A DNA stretch of 64,000 nucleotides from Thermoprotei archaeon (GCA_003649205.1 QMRC01000003.1:32001-96000); one strand, 5' to 3'; counted from the stretch's first letter, positions 20,860 to 31,412 are shown. The notes: generated from the letters alone by a model not told the origin. A program made the numbers and translations.

Positions 20860-22032
20860 ATGGTAACAAACCTACCAGCTGAAGCCAAGGCGAAGTGGAT
20901 TAAGGTGATGGAAGCTAGGACTCCAGAGGAGAAGATTAAGGCACTTCAGGAGTTCCTATCTTCAGTCCCTAAGCACAAGGGTACTGAGAAGTTGATTTCA
21001 TTTGTTAGACGTAGGATTGCTGAATTAAAGAGAGAGATTGAGCTTAGGGAGAGAGTTAGGAAAGCTGCTGGTGCTAAGAGAGTTAAGGTATACGTGGGTA
21101 AGGAGGGTGATGTTCAGTTAGCTCTACTTGGGTTAGCTAACTCAGGTAAGAGCGCTCTTCTCCGTGCTCTCACCAATGCTAAGGTTGAGGTTAGCGATGT
21201 ACCCTACACTACGAAGTTACCTGTACCTGGTATGTTTATTTTTGAGAACATGTACTTCCAACTAGTTGAAGCACCATCAATAGTACCTGGCGGTGAGAGT
21301 ACACTAACTACTTTAGCTATGTCAATTGCTAGGAATGCCGATGGTTTAATACTTGTTGTTGATCTGAGTAGTGATCCATTAAGACAGTTCGAGATCCTTA
21401 GAAGTGAGCTTGAGAGAGCACATATCTTGATTAATAAGCCGAGAGCTATCGTCGAGATTGAGAGGAGAGTTAGTGGTGGTATTCAGGTTGTCGGTAAGTT
21501 AGTTGGCTGTACAGTAGATGATGTAAGGAAGTTACTTAGTGAGTACAGGATACATCATGCACTTGTTAGGATAATTGGTGAAGCTACTCTAGACGACATT
21601 GAGAGAGCTATATTTGAGGAGTACGTCTACAAGCCAGCGATAGTCATTGGGACTAAGCTCGATGTAGCTGATGAGGTTACAGTTAGGGAATTCACTAAGG
21701 TAGTTGGTGAGAGGTATCCAGTGCTCACGGTCTCTAGCTTGACAGGTAAGGGACTGGATAGAGGGCTCATAGCTAAGACCATACTCACTACGCTCAATTT
21801 AATTAGAGTGTACACGAAGAGTCCATACCGTGATGCACCTGATGAGAAACCTCTACTAATAAAGGCTGGTTCAACAGTGATAGATGTTGCTGAGAGAATT
21901 CACAGGAAATTAGCTGAGAACTTTAAGTACGCGAAGATAATTAGATTTGAAGGTAGTAGAAAGAGAGTACTTAGAGTTGGTAAGGATTATGTTCTTCAAG
22001 ATCGTGATATTGTTGAGATTCACACTGGATGA
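20860..22032 (+). CDS. DRG/OBG-family GTPase with TGS domain
   Basis: MVTNLPAEAKAKW, PKHKGTE, GLANSGKS, YTT, TKLD, C-terminal L.DRDIVEIH; G3 reads EAPS. Confidence 0.92.
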   Translation: MVTNLPAEAKAKWIKVMEARTPEEKIKALQEFLSSVPKHKGTEKLISFVRRRIAELKREIELRERVRKAAGAKRVKVYVGKEGDVQLALLGLANSGKSALLRALTNAKVEVSDVPYTTKLPVPGMFIFENMYFQLVEAPSIVPGGESTLTTLAMSIARNADGLILVVDLSSDPLRQFEILRSELERAHILINKPRAIVEIERRVSGGIQVVGKLVGCTVDDVRKLLSEYRIHHALVRIIGEATLDDIERAIFEEYVYKPAIVIGTKLDVADEVTVREFTKVVGERYPVLTVSSLTGKGLDRGLIAKTILTTLNLIRVYTKSPYRDAPDEKPLLIKAGSTVIDVAERIHRKLAENFKYAKIIRFEGSRKRVLRVGKDYVLQDRDIVEIHTG

Positions 22033-22607
22033 TAGCTATGTCTGGTGTGAGAGAGGTTAAGATAACTGAGGATGGGTATAGGTTGCTGAAGGTTATTAAG
22101 GAGGTAGCTGGTTTAAGAAGTGAGGGTGAAGCTCTAGAATACGTGATTAAGAGATTCCTAGAGCAGAGTGAGGTGTTGAGGGAGATTCTGAGCAGACTAG
22201 ATGTTATTGAGGGAGAGATCGAGGTCTTGAAAGGTAAACTAGATGAACTTCGTGAACTATTAGAGGTTAGGGAGCGAAGAAGAGTGAAGAAAGAAGTGAG
22301 AAAGTACTATGAGGATCTTGTCCAGTACATTGAGAGTAGGGTTTACGTATTCCCATCAGAAATCAAGGCTAAGAAGAAGCTCCAGAGGTTAATTGAGGAG
22401 GGTGCATTAGTTCATTTACGTGATGAAGGTCTTAATGTAGAGGTCGTAACGACAAAAAACGTTATTGAAAGAATACTAGCGAAGCTACCGCTCAAGGTAA
22501 CTGACGTAGATAAGGTACTTACTGAGCGTGAACAGCAGCTCTTTGTATTACTAAATAGGCTAGGTTACGTACTGAAGAGAGGTGACATCTACGTTAGAGC
22601 TAGCTAA
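22029..22607 (+). CDS. Hypothetical coiled-coil protein
   Basis: Heptad-rich central segment; overlaps the DRG stop. Confidence 0.65.
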   Translation: MIAMSGVREVKITEDGYRLLKVIKEVAGLRSEGEALEYVIKRFLEQSEVLREILSRLDVIEGEIEVLKGKLDELRELLEVRERRRVKKEVRKYYEDLVQYIESRVYVFPSEIKAKKKLQRLIEEGALVHLRDEGLNVEVVTTKNVIERILAKLPLKVTDVDKVLTEREQQLFVLLNRLGYVLKRGDIYVRAS

Positions 22608-23377
22608 GCTGTGTGTGCTGTTACTTCAAGAGGTGCTAGTACTCGCTTCAATCTCTCAACTAGGTCCATAGCGACTCTACTAACTCTCTCTGGATTAGCT
22701 ACGTACACGGTAATCCTCATGTAACACTCTTCCTCTGATAAGTCGGACAACACTATCTCAGGTGGTTTACTCTTATCGATCTCACCATATTTCTCTAGAA
22801 ATGACCTAATCTTATCCTCAATCTCCTTCACATTAACTCTACCCCTACCTCTTATTCTCAACATTATACATATCCTGTATAGACCACGATAAATCATTAT
22901 TGGGGTTCTCAAGAGGTCGTAATTTGGTATCCTAACTATGTGACCTTCATCAGTTCGAATCTCAGTGTACATAGGGGTTATCCTAATTACCCTACCCCTG
23001 ATGTCGCTCTCTCTCAGGTGAACAACATCCCTTGTTGACACAACTCTAGATAGGACTATCACGTAGTAAGATATGTAATTAGCTATGACATCTCTAATGG
23101 ATATCAAAGCTACTGCAAATAGTATTAACACACCATAGGCTATGTACTGTGAAACCCGTACAAGTAGTATTGAGATTATTGCCATGATGAGTATTATGGT
23201 TACGAATAGATTGAGTACGTTCCTAAGTTCATCAGCTGTTGAAGGTAGTATAACATCTTTCCTTTCTAACCTAGTAATGAGTTTACCTAGACCGATTCTG
23301 ATGATTAGCACCGTGATTATCACAACAAGTAAACTAATTCCCTGCTCTTTAGTTATGAAAGCAAGCTCAAACACCAT
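22604..23377 (-). CDS. MscS-family mechanosensitive channel
   Basis: Three TM helices, DVIANYIS, G.V.RITPMYTEIRTDEG..V.IPN. Confidence 0.85.
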   Translation of the reverse strand: MVFELAFITKEQGISLLVVIITVLIIRIGLGKLITRLERKDVILPSTADELRNVLNLFVTIILIMAIISILLVRVSQYIAYGVLILFAVALISIRDVIANYISYYVIVLSRVVSTRDVVHLRESDIRGRVIRITPMYTEIRTDEGHIVRIPNYDLLRTPIMIYRGLYRICIMLRIRGRGRVNVKEIEDKIRSFLEKYGEIDKSKPPEIVLSDLSEEECYMRITVYVANPERVSRVAMDLVERLKRVLAPLEVTAHTA

Positions 23378-23391
23378 CCAAAACCCTCTAC

Positions 23392-24048
23392 CTACTTAAA
23401 CGTCTCCCTAAACTGCTTGACATGGTCCTTATGTACTAGAGCTATGATTACAGAGCCAGGCTTAATCGTGATATCCTGATCAGGGAGAACGAGCTTTTCA
23501 CCATCAAAAACAGCCAATATCCTACTCATGGATGGTAGAGGTAACTCACTCAATCTCTTACCAACGCTAGTGTCATCCTCCTCAATCTGAAGAGCAACCA
23601 ACCTATAGTCTGAGCCCATTGCTTCAAGAAGCTCAGTAACAGTTCTCCTACCTTCTACACGTGCCTCTAAGAGTGCGGCAATAGTCTTGGAAAAACCGAG
23701 ACACTCAATACCTAACCTCATGAGTATTCTCTCAATCTTCTCATTATTGACCAAGGTAATAACCCTATCTGCCCCCAAGTTCTTAGCTATGACAGATAAC
23801 ATCAGGTTTACTTCATCACTACCAGTAGCTATGACAACGACATCCATACGCTTAAACTCTATACCCTGACGCTCAAGAAAATCCAAATCCGTGTAGTCAC
23901 CTGTAACTACCAATACATCAGAAGTAGCAGCAACCTCTTCACATATGCTAGCATCTCTACCAACCAGGATAACGGAATGACCTTTCTGAGCTAGCTTCTT
24001 GGCTAGCTCAGCCGTTATCTCATTGGCTCCAACAATTAAGATATTCAT
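23392..24048 (-). CDS. TrkA-family RCK protein
   Basis: TrkA_N (GD.TD, ATGSDEVNL) plus TrkA_C (GKRLSEL.LP). Confidence 0.85.
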   Translation of the reverse strand: MNILIVGANEITAELAKKLAQKGHSVILVGRDASICEEVAATSDVLVVTGDYTDLDFLERQGIEFKRMDVVVIATGSDEVNLMLSVIAKNLGADRVITLVNNEKIERILMRLGIECLGFSKTIAALLEARVEGRRTVTELLEAMGSDYRLVALQIEEDDTSVGKRLSELPLPSMSRILAVFDGEKLVLPDQDITIKPGSVIIALVHKDHVKQFRETFK

Positions 24049-24143
24049 GACTAAAGTCCCTTACCCAGAAGCACCTCAATACCTGTACTTTAAACTTTTT
24101 TCTTATACCTCATAACTACGACGAGTTGAAAGGAGAGATGCTC

Positions 24144-25196
24144 ATGAAGTTAGTACTCAGACGAGAGAGAGTGCTAGGTCTGGTCATAGGTATCACAGTG
24201 AACGTAATTACGGTAATAGTGCTTTGGCATCTTGGAATAATTGATCTCTCTCACGTACCTAAGCTAAGCATTAGCTACCTAATACTAGCGTACATGGCAC
24301 TGCTCACACACTGGATACTAATAGCTTTAAGAGCAAGAATCCTAGTAAAGACCTTGGGATCACATATCACACTTCTCAACGCGCTCAAAGTCAATCTATC
24401 ATCCCTATACCTATCACTAATAACACCAACATACTTCGGTGGTGAACCACTCAGAGTGTATCTCTACTCAAGGTATGGGGGTATCAGCTATGGAGAAGCA
24501 GTGACAGTAGCTATGTGGGAGATAATCCTAGACACCACAGGACTATGCATACTATCGCTACTAGCTTTCACGTACCTGAGGTCGTTTTTCAGTATCAGTA
24601 GCTTCTTCATGCTACTCACACTCCTCGTCTTTGTTACACCTACAGCACTCCTCTACCTAACTGTGTATAGACTACTCAATGAGAAAACAATGCATAAAAT
24701 CATAGGAGTAGTGAGGAAACTAGCTGAGAAAGTAGCTAATACACAGGTACTGAAGAATAGACTCAACAATAACGACATACAGAAAGTCATGAGTAAAGTA
24801 GAACTCGAGCTAGATAGCTGGTGCAAGAGCTTAAGAAGCCTACTCCAGTGCGGCGCAAAAGTACTAACTATCTTGATGGTATTGACAATTGCTCACTGGA
24901 TAAATCTCTTCACAGTTGCCTACTTCCTAATATCTGGACTGGACCCTAGCTTCGACTTCATACTAAATACCTGTCTCCAAGTACTACTACATGCAGTGCT
25001 CGCCATACCAATACTACCCGGTGGTAGCGGTCTCTTTGATATAAGCTTCGTAGTCCTCTACTCCATGTGGTTAGGTAGGGAGGTAGTTGGTTCACTTCTA
25101 GTTTGGTGGAGAATCATAACCTACTATACACCACTCGTACTATCTGGATTCTTCTTTGTTAAGGTACTTGCTGAGGTAGGTACACGGAAGGGATAA
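24144..25196 (+). CDS. Flippase-like membrane protein (UPF0104/AglD2 type)
   Basis: Multi-TM; LITPTYFGGEP, PGGSGL.D, WRIITYY. Confidence 0.85.
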   Translation: MKLVLRRERVLGLVIGITVNVITVIVLWHLGIIDLSHVPKLSISYLILAYMALLTHWILIALRARILVKTLGSHITLLNALKVNLSSLYLSLITPTYFGGEPLRVYLYSRYGGISYGEAVTVAMWEIILDTTGLCILSLLAFTYLRSFFSISSFFMLLTLLVFVTPTALLYLTVYRLLNEKTMHKIIGVVRKLAEKVANTQVLKNRLNNNDIQKVMSKVELELDSWCKSLRSLLQCGAKVLTILMVLTIAHWINLFTVAYFLISGLDPSFDFILNTCLQVLLHAVLAIPILPGGSGLFDISFVVLYSMWLGREVVGSLLVWWRIITYYTPLVLSGFFFVKVLAEVGTRKG

Positions 25197-25243
25197 AAGT
25201 GAGTAGGAGGTAGTTGTTACTGCAAGTAATTTGGTGATGTAGT

Positions 25244-25657
25244 ATGAGAGATGTTGAGACCTTCCTCAGGAATCTAGATGTTTGGGTTGAAGATCAGAAG
25301 AGAGTTCTTGAATTTATTAGGAGGTATAGGAGTAAGCTAGATAAGTGTGATAGATTGGACCTAATTCTCACCATAAGGTATGTCTGCAGTAGAATGCTTA
25401 AGACTATCAAGGGATTTGAGACTTGGCTTCAATCACCATTCATCGTAGGTCCCATGCCGCTTGAAGTTGTTAAGGAGGTTCAAGAGAGGTTGTCCAATAT
25501 AATGCTGAAGATTCTCGACCTAAGTATTGAGCACGTTAATGAGTACAGAAATCACCTAGTTAAGTTGCTTGAGAGTAGGGAAGAACTTCACCCTCTCTTT
25601 GAAGAGGAGGAAGAGGAGAGAGGAGAGACATCTAGAGAATCAAGGTATAGGATATAA
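25244..25657 (+). CDS. DUF2153 family protein
   Basis: LD.WV..Q, DRLDLIL, FETWLQSP...MP.E pattern. Confidence 0.78.
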   Translation: MRDVETFLRNLDVWVEDQKRVLEFIRRYRSKLDKCDRLDLILTIRYVCSRMLKTIKGFETWLQSPFIVGPMPLEVVKEVQERLSNIMLKILDLSIEHVNEYRNHLVKLLESREELHPLFEEEEEERGETSRESRYRI

Positions 25658-25710
25658 CTTGTTAACTCCCTCTACGTACTTTATTGATGGAGTTCCTGAG
25701 GTGATTATTT

Positions 25711-26688
25711 TTGAGTAGAGTAAGGTTTGGTGAGTTATGGGTAGAGAAGTATAGGCCTAAGAGACTTGATGAGATGGTTGATCAGAGAGATGTTGTTGAG
25801 AGACTTAAGGAATTTGTCAAGGCTAAGTCAATGCCCCACTTACTATTCGTAGGTCCTCCAGGTTGTGGTAAGACAACTGCTGCACTATGTCTAGCGTATG
25901 AACTGTATGGAGATAAGGTAGAGGAGAATGTTTTAGAGCTCAACGCATCTGATGAGAGAGGTATAGCTATGATCCGTGAGAAGGTTAAGGAATTTGCTAG
26001 GATGATGTCTACAGTACCCGATGTACCGTTCAAGATGGTGATACTAGATGAGGCTGACAACATGACGTCTGAAGCTCAGCAAGCACTTAGAAGAATCATG
26101 GAGGAACACTCGAGAACTACTAGGTTCTGTCTCATAGCGAACTACCTATCTGGAATAATAGAGCCAATTCAATCTAGGTGTGCTGTCTTCAGATTCTCAC
26201 CACTACCAAAGGATGCTGTCTTCGAAAGACTAAGGTACATAGCTAAGTGCGAAGGTTTTCAAATAACTGATGAAGCTCTTGAAGCAATTTGGGACATCAC
26301 TGGTGGAGACATGAGAAAAGCAATAAATCTACTTCAAGCAGCAGCTGCACTTACGAGAGTAGTTGACGAAGCTACAGTATACCGTGTCGTAGGCAGGATC
26401 AGTGCTAAAGACTTGAGAAACGTAATCCAATTAGCTGTGGAAGGTAAGGTAGGTGAAGCAGCGATAAAGCTACTCAACTTAATGACTGAGCATGGCATTA
26501 GTGGCGTTGACCTAGCTAAGCTACTTCACAGAGAACTAATCAAATTAAACGTTCCTGAGTACATAAAACCAAAGCTAGCTGATCTCTGTGGTGAATTTCA
26601 CTATAGAGTTCTAGAGGGAAGTTCACCAGAACTACTTGTCCCATGGATTCTAGTGAAACTACATAATATCGTGAAGAGTTGTAAGTAG
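25711..26688 (+). CDS. rfcS: Replication factor C small subunit
   Basis: WVEKYRP, GPPGCGKT, ELNASDERG, LDEAD, IQSRC, GDMR; no intein. Confidence 0.97.
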   Translation: MSRVRFGELWVEKYRPKRLDEMVDQRDVVERLKEFVKAKSMPHLLFVGPPGCGKTTAALCLAYELYGDKVEENVLELNASDERGIAMIREKVKEFARMMSTVPDVPFKMVILDEADNMTSEAQQALRRIMEEHSRTTRFCLIANYLSGIIEPIQSRCAVFRFSPLPKDAVFERLRYIAKCEGFQITDEALEAIWDITGGDMRKAINLLQAAAALTRVVDEATVYRVVGRISAKDLRNVIQLAVEGKVGEAAIKLLNLMTEHGISGVDLAKLLHRELIKLNVPEYIKPKLADLCGEFHYRVLEGSSPELLVPWILVKLHNIVKSCK

Positions 26689-26724
26689 ATCTGCTGTGAG
26701 GCATTCAGTTAAGAAATAGTAAGG

Positions 26725-26731
26725 TTTATTA
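26725..26731 (+). promoter_or_regulatory. Probable TATA box of tfb
   Basis: TTTATTA preceded by purine-rich BRE-like sequence, ~50 nt before the ATG. Confidence 0.45.
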
Positions 26732-26781
26732 GGGGGTAGAACTAGGGGAGCGTGGTTAAGGGTTAATAAAGGTTACGAATT

Positions 26782-27756
26782 ATGAGCACCGAAATTACTT
26801 CTGGTAGGGGTTTGGAACGTAGGAAGGAGAACGTAAGTAGTGAAATTACTGAAGAGGTTAGGTGCCCAATCTGTGGTAGTACAAGGTTTGTTCAAGATTA
26901 CCAAAGAGGAGAGATAATTTGTGAGGTATGTGGTTACGTATTCACTGAGAGGATAGTTGATAGAGGACCAGAGTGGAGAGCATTTACACCAGAAGAGAGG
27001 GAGAAGAGGAGTAGAGTTGGTTCACCACTAACTAGATTGACACCAGATAGCTTAGTTACGATGATAGATTGGAAGGGTAAGGACTACACAGGTAGGGAGC
27101 TAAGTCTCAAGAGAAAGCTAGAGAGCTTGAGATGGAGGAAGTGGCAGATCAGAATTAGGATGCAGACATCCATTGAGAGAAATCTAGCACAGGCAGTTAA
27201 TGAGCTTCAGAGAATTGGTTCGCAGCTAGGATTACCGAGACACGTAATGGATCAGGCACTAGACATATACAGGCAAGCTCTTGAGAAGGGACTGGTTAGA
27301 GGTAGGTCTATTGAGTCAATAATGGCAGCAGCTATCTACGCAGCCTGTAGAATGTACAAGATACCAAGAACACTAGACGAGATAGCTAGATACACGAAGT
27401 CCGGTAGAAAGGATGTAGCTAGGTGCTACAGACTATTGCTTAGGGAGATAAACCTCAGAGTACCACTAGCAGATCCAATAGACTACGTACCTAGGATAGC
27501 TGAACAACTAAAGCTTAGTGGTATGTGCGTCAGGAAGGCTATTGAGATACTTAAGGAGGCCAAAAAGAGAGGGTTAACTGCAGGTAAGGATCCAGCGGGA
27601 TTAGCTGCAGCAGCAATCTACATTGCATCACTCCTCCTTGGAGAAGTGAGAACGCAGAAAGAAATTGCACAGGCAGCAAGAGTTACTGAGGTGACAGTTA
27701 GGAATAGGTATAAGGAATTGGCTAAGGAACTAGACATTAAGATACCGATGAAGTGA
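26782..27756 (+). CDS. tfb: Transcription initiation factor IIB
   Basis: Zn ribbon CPIC..CEVC, GPEWRAF, two cyclin repeats, [18 protein letters not shown]. Confidence 0.98.
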   Translation: MSTEITSGRGLERRKENVSSEITEEVRCPICGSTRFVQDYQRGEIICEVCGYVFTERIVDRGPEWRAFTPEEREKRSRVGSPLTRLTPDSLVTMIDWKGKDYTGRELSLKRKLESLRWRKWQIRIRMQTSIERNLAQAVNELQRIGSQLGLPRHVMDQALDIYRQALEKGLVRGRSIESIMAAAIYAACRMYKIPRTLDEIARYTKSGRKDVARCYRLLLREINLRVPLADPIDYVPRIAEQLKLSGMCVRKAIEILKEAKKRGLTAGKDPAGLAAAAIYIASLLLGEVRTQKEIAQAARVTEVTVRNRYKELAKELDIKIPMK

Positions 27757-27766
27757 GGCTACGTAC

Positions 27767-28279
27767 TTGAGAGCATTAGACCTCCTCTGGGCTCCTTGGA
27801 GAATGAGATATGTCAAATACGCTGCAATTAGGAAACCCACTGAGGAGTGTATATTCTGTAAGGCTCGCGATGAAGTAGGTAAGGAGAGAGAAAACCTAGT
27901 GCTTTTTCGTGCAAAGTACTGCCTTGTAATGCTTAATCTATTTCCCTACAATACAGGTCATCTGATGATTGCTCCCTATAGGCATGTACCCTCACTTGAG
28001 CAGCTAAGTGATGAAGAGCTTACAGAGCTCATGGTACTTACAAAACGTTGTTTGAAGATGCTTCGTGAGGTGTATAGACCTGATGGATTTAACATAGGTA
28101 TCAACATAGGTAGAGTTGCAGGTGCAGGATTTGAAGGGCATGTACACATACACATAGTACCTAGGTGGAATGGTGATACAAACTTCATGCCTGTGATAGC
28201 TGGTACTAAGGTGATCCCCGAGTCGGTACTGGATACATATGACACGTTGATTAAGTATACTCACTTGCTTAGAGAATGA
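27767..28279 (+). CDS. HIT family hydrolase (Ap4A phosphorylase-like)
   Basis: WAPWR, CIFC, PYNTGH, HVHIHIVPRW. Confidence 0.93.
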   Translation: MRALDLLWAPWRMRYVKYAAIRKPTEECIFCKARDEVGKERENLVLFRAKYCLVMLNLFPYNTGHLMIAPYRHVPSLEQLSDEELTELMVLTKRCLKMLREVYRPDGFNIGINIGRVAGAGFEGHVHIHIVPRWNGDTNFMPVIAGTKVIPESVLDTYDTLIKYTHLLRE

Positions 28280-28337
28280 GCAGGTTTATGACCCCGTTAA
28301 ATAAACTTTTCTCTTTTACAACAACGAGGTGCTGTGA

Positions 28338-28529
28338 GTGAGAGAGTACGTAGTCGTTAAGAAAGACTTCTCTATCAAGGTACCTGCTGTGATCAGAAAC
28401 GCACTGAAGCTAAAGCCTGGTACAGTGATGCAGATAGAGTACAGAGCAGATGACCACGTACTAGTGCTGAGACCAGTTGCTAAATTAAGAGTTAGAGAGG
28501 TTAAGAATGAAGGAAGTTTGGGTAGGTAG
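28338..28529 (+). CDS. AbrB/MazE-type DNA-binding protein
   Basis: IKVPAVIRNALKLKPGT..., 63 aa. Confidence 0.72.
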   Translation: MREYVVVKKDFSIKVPAVIRNALKLKPGTVMQIEYRADDHVLVLRPVAKLRVREVKNEGSLGR

Positions 28530-28787
28530 ATGAGAGACTTCACAAACTACCTACTATGCTACAGATTAGTTAAAAGAGCTATCGAATTCATCTTACTTGA
28601 ACACAATGATTCTATACCGAAGAACATGCTCTATGACATGGTTAGACAACTAGTCGAAGACGAAGTTAAGGTAACAGAGGACGTATTTGAAGCTGTAATT
28701 CAGGAACTCGAACAACTAGGATTTCTGGAGTTAGTGAATGTGAGAGGTCTATGGGTTGTACGGAGAAGGGATGTAGGCAATACTTAA
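28530..28787 (+). CDS. Hypothetical winged-helix-like protein
   Basis: FEAVIQELEQLGFLEL..W.V pattern; directly coupled to the upstream gene. Confidence 0.55.
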   Translation: MRDFTNYLLCYRLVKRAIEFILLEHNDSIPKNMLYDMVRQLVEDEVKVTEDVFEAVIQELEQLGFLELVNVRGLWVVRRRDVGNT

Positions 28788-28822
28788 AAGATCTGACTAG
28801 TGGTGTGGTATAAGGTGAAGCT

Positions 28823-29296
28823 ATGAGCCAGATACAGCAACCTAGAGTTGAACCACCTCCACCACCAATAGTTAAGGTACCTAGGTTAATTACATTTGGT
28901 GGAGTACCACCGAGAATGTACAAGGTAGGTAGAGGATACTCCATCGGCGAGATAGAAGCTCTTGGACTAACAGTTCGTGAAGCTAGATTACTCGGTATAT
29001 ACGTCGATGAGAGAAGGAAGACAGTGTATCAGGAAAACATTGAGCGACTAAGAGAGTGGTTAGAGAAAGTTAAGAAGGGTGAGATTGTACCACCACAACC
29101 AACATTACCGAAGGTGATTAAGATTAAGAGGAAGAGAGGGAGAGTCTTCAGAGGCTGTACACCAGCAGGGTACAGGATGAGAGGTCTCTACAGCGTTGGA
29201 CTACATGAGACACATAAGTGGAAGTGGAAGAAGAAGTACAAGGAGAGGATGCTGAAGAAGAGACACGAAGCAGCTAGGGCTAAGGGTGGTCACTGA
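28823..29296 (+). CDS. rpl13e: 50S ribosomal protein L13e (long form)
   Basis: [11 protein letters not shown]...[16 protein letters not shown] plus a basic C-terminal extension. Confidence 0.92.
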   Translation: MSQIQQPRVEPPPPPIVKVPRLITFGGVPPRMYKVGRGYSIGEIEALGLTVREARLLGIYVDERRKTVYQENIERLREWLEKVKKGEIVPPQPTLPKVIKIKRKRGRVFRGCTPAGYRMRGLYSVGLHETHKWKWKKKYKERMLKKRHEAARAKGGH

Positions 29297-29312
29297 AGCA
29301 CTGCTACCTCTA

Positions 29313-30017
29313 CTACACGATACCTAGTATCTTCAGTAGATCACTTAGGTTGTTTAGTGTTAGGTCCGGTGCAACTGATGTCTGTATATCTCTTCCACGT
29401 GTTAGGAGTATTGTCTTTATGCCTGCTGTCTTACCGCCTAAGATATCTTCCCAACTTGTACCCACGACCAGTACTTGAGTGGGTTTACACCTCATTTTCT
29501 TGAGAGCAACCTGGAATATCTTTCTATTTGGTTTAGGTACTCCAGTAACGTCAGCACTAACAACACCTATAAAGTACTTGAATAGCCCTGAGGATATCAG
29601 CATCTTCCTAGCTACGTCACCATCAAGATTAGTCACTATGCACAATGACATACCTCTCTGTCTCAACTTAGCTAATGCCTCCTCTGAATCCTGATAGGGT
29701 TTTGCGGCATTTATCATGCAGGTCATAGCTGAATCGGCTAGGAAACCGAGTTCTGTAGGACCAATGACAATATTATTTTCCTCAAGTAGTCTTCGTACAC
29801 TATCTCGAATTATCTCCTTCATATTTCTAAACTGACCCCTTGCTATAGCATTTACATACCTTCTCTCGATTTCATTCCTCAACTTCTTCGCTATGGATTC
29901 CGTGTCCTCTCTAATTGGGTACTCTCTCTTCAGCATACTAGCTATGTTATTGACATACTCACTGTAGTCAAGCACAACATTGACGTCCATTAGCAGTCCT
30001 CTAATACCTAGTGACAC
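29313..30017 (-). CDS. HAD-superfamily protein with degenerate catalytic motifs
   Basis: VTN, KP..IF, VG...DI.GG..AGI fold; motif I reads MDVNVV. Confidence 0.75.
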   Translation of the reverse strand: MSLGIRGLLMDVNVVLDYSEYVNNIASMLKREYPIREDTESIAKKLRNEIERRYVNAIARGQFRNMKEIIRDSVRRLLEENNIVIGPTELGFLADSAMTCMINAAKPYQDSEEALAKLRQRGMSLCIVTNLDGDVARKMLISSGLFKYFIGVVSADVTGVPKPNRKIFQVALKKMRCKPTQVLVVGTSWEDILGGKTAGIKTILLTRGRDIQTSVAPDLTLNNLSDLLKILGIV

Positions 30018-30078
30018 AGCATTTCACCCAAGTAATTCCCTACTTGTGACTTAGACTTGTTTACTAGGTATTAAAGTA

Positions 30079-30303
30079 TTAGCAAATGCTCTCAACTAGA
30101 GTATTCTGGTTACCTGCTCCATACCTTCTAAAGCTATCTAGTAGTGGTAGTACTCTAGCGAGGATGCAACATCCCTTACCTCCGTTCCTACAGTAATTAA
30201 GTAGCTTCTCATGCCTAATTCTCCACTCCTCCGGTGATAGGAAGATGCATCTCCTTCCATCACGTGTCTCACAGTAGTAAGGACAGGAACTATTTTCAAC
30301 CAT
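30079..30303 (-). CDS. Small Cys-rich hypothetical protein
   Basis: CPY...C...YC..GG.GC pattern. Confidence 0.6.
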   Translation of the reverse strand: MVENSSCPYYCETRDGRRCIFLSPEEWRIRHEKLLNYCRNGGKGCCILARVLPLLDSFRRYGAGNQNTLVESIC

Positions 30304-30393
30304 GTTCTTGACCCAACTCTGACTTAGTAAATGGGTAAGGTTAAGTCAATGTTTTGTTAAGTTATAGGTATAATAGTAGGAGGTACAGCTATC

Positions 30394-31056
30394 TTGTCAG
30401 CGCTCGAAGTTGTCTACAGGAAGGTTCTCGATAGAGTACTCAATCTTGCTAAGTACTTCACTACAAAAGTTACTCAACTCGATCTAGATGTGTATGATGT
30501 CTCTATTGGATCACACTGTGTTAGGTTATGGCTACTCAATAATGATGAGTTTTGGCACGATCCTAGGTTCTTAGCTGAGAAGCTATGTATTGATGAAGGT
30601 AGAGGTACCTCAGTGATAATCTTGTGTAGGATACCGAGTATTGTCGTGTACGAGGTTCAGACTAGCTTTGAGAGAGCTGAGAGATGGTATGGACTTAGGT
30701 ATCAGGTAGATGTCTATGGTCTTAGTGTCTACGATACTAGGGTTGAAGCATCTTTTGAGAAGATAATATACACAGTGACTACGAAGTACATGCTTGAGGT
30801 TGTTAGGGACAACGAATTACTTACACAAGCTCACTACGGTCTACCCTGTCCCAAGTGTGGTAACGTTATTGAGCACTACTACGTATCTCGTACTTGGAGA
30901 CCCTCATACATATACGAGTGTCCAGTTAGAGACTACTACATAGTGTGTAATCTCTGTGGTACTAGGATGAGAGGTGTAGAGGTGCTTACTCTGCTCATGG
31001 AGAAAGTAAGGGATATTAAGGTTTTTGAGCCTGAAAGAAGTAGTGATCGAGCATGA
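30394..31056 (+). CDS. Hypothetical protein with C-terminal zinc ribbon
   Basis: CPKCG...CNLCG. Confidence 0.65.
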   Translation: MSALEVVYRKVLDRVLNLAKYFTTKVTQLDLDVYDVSIGSHCVRLWLLNNDEFWHDPRFLAEKLCIDEGRGTSVIILCRIPSIVVYEVQTSFERAERWYGLRYQVDVYGLSVYDTRVEASFEKIIYTVTTKYMLEVVRDNELLTQAHYGLPCPKCGNVIEHYYVSRTWRPSYIYECPVRDYYIVCNLCGTRMRGVEVLTLLMEKVRDIKVFEPERSSDRA

Positions 31057-31406
31057 GTAAGAGGAGGAGAAGAAAGAGTGAAGAGAGTAAGGGATTGAGT
31101 ATCCTATCCTTTGTCGAGGAATCTGAAGAGAAGCCAACTAAAGTAGTTGAGGAAAAAACAACCACAGCACCAACCTTAACAACCATACACACAACCGTAA
31201 CAGCAAGCGAGGAGGAGCTTGTTGCTTCGTTCTTGACAAGATTTAAGAGAGTTACGAAGAAGGACTTAATCGATTGGGCTAAAACAAGGAGAATACCACT
31301 GAGTAAGGTGTTCACAGTAATTTCAAAGCTTGAGAAGGAAGGTAAGTTAGTTAAGAGATTAAATGATAGAGGAGAACTCATTTACGAGGTTAAGTTATCA
31401 CAGTAG
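31053..31406 (+). CDS. Hypothetical protein with C-terminal winged helix
   Basis: ATGA overlap; ISKLEKEGKLVKR...LIYEV. Confidence 0.65.
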   Translation: MSKRRRRKSEESKGLSILSFVEESEEKPTKVVEEKTTTAPTLTTIHTTVTASEEELVASFLTRFKRVTKKDLIDWAKTRRIPLSKVFTVISKLEKEGKLVKRLNDRGELIYEVKLSQ

Positions 31407-31412
31407 TGTTAG

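Noticed and set aside
28338-28787. Type II toxin-antitoxin pair (AbrB plus neighbour)
   Set aside because: The downstream protein lacks PIN, MazF or RelE motifs and looks winged-helix-like.
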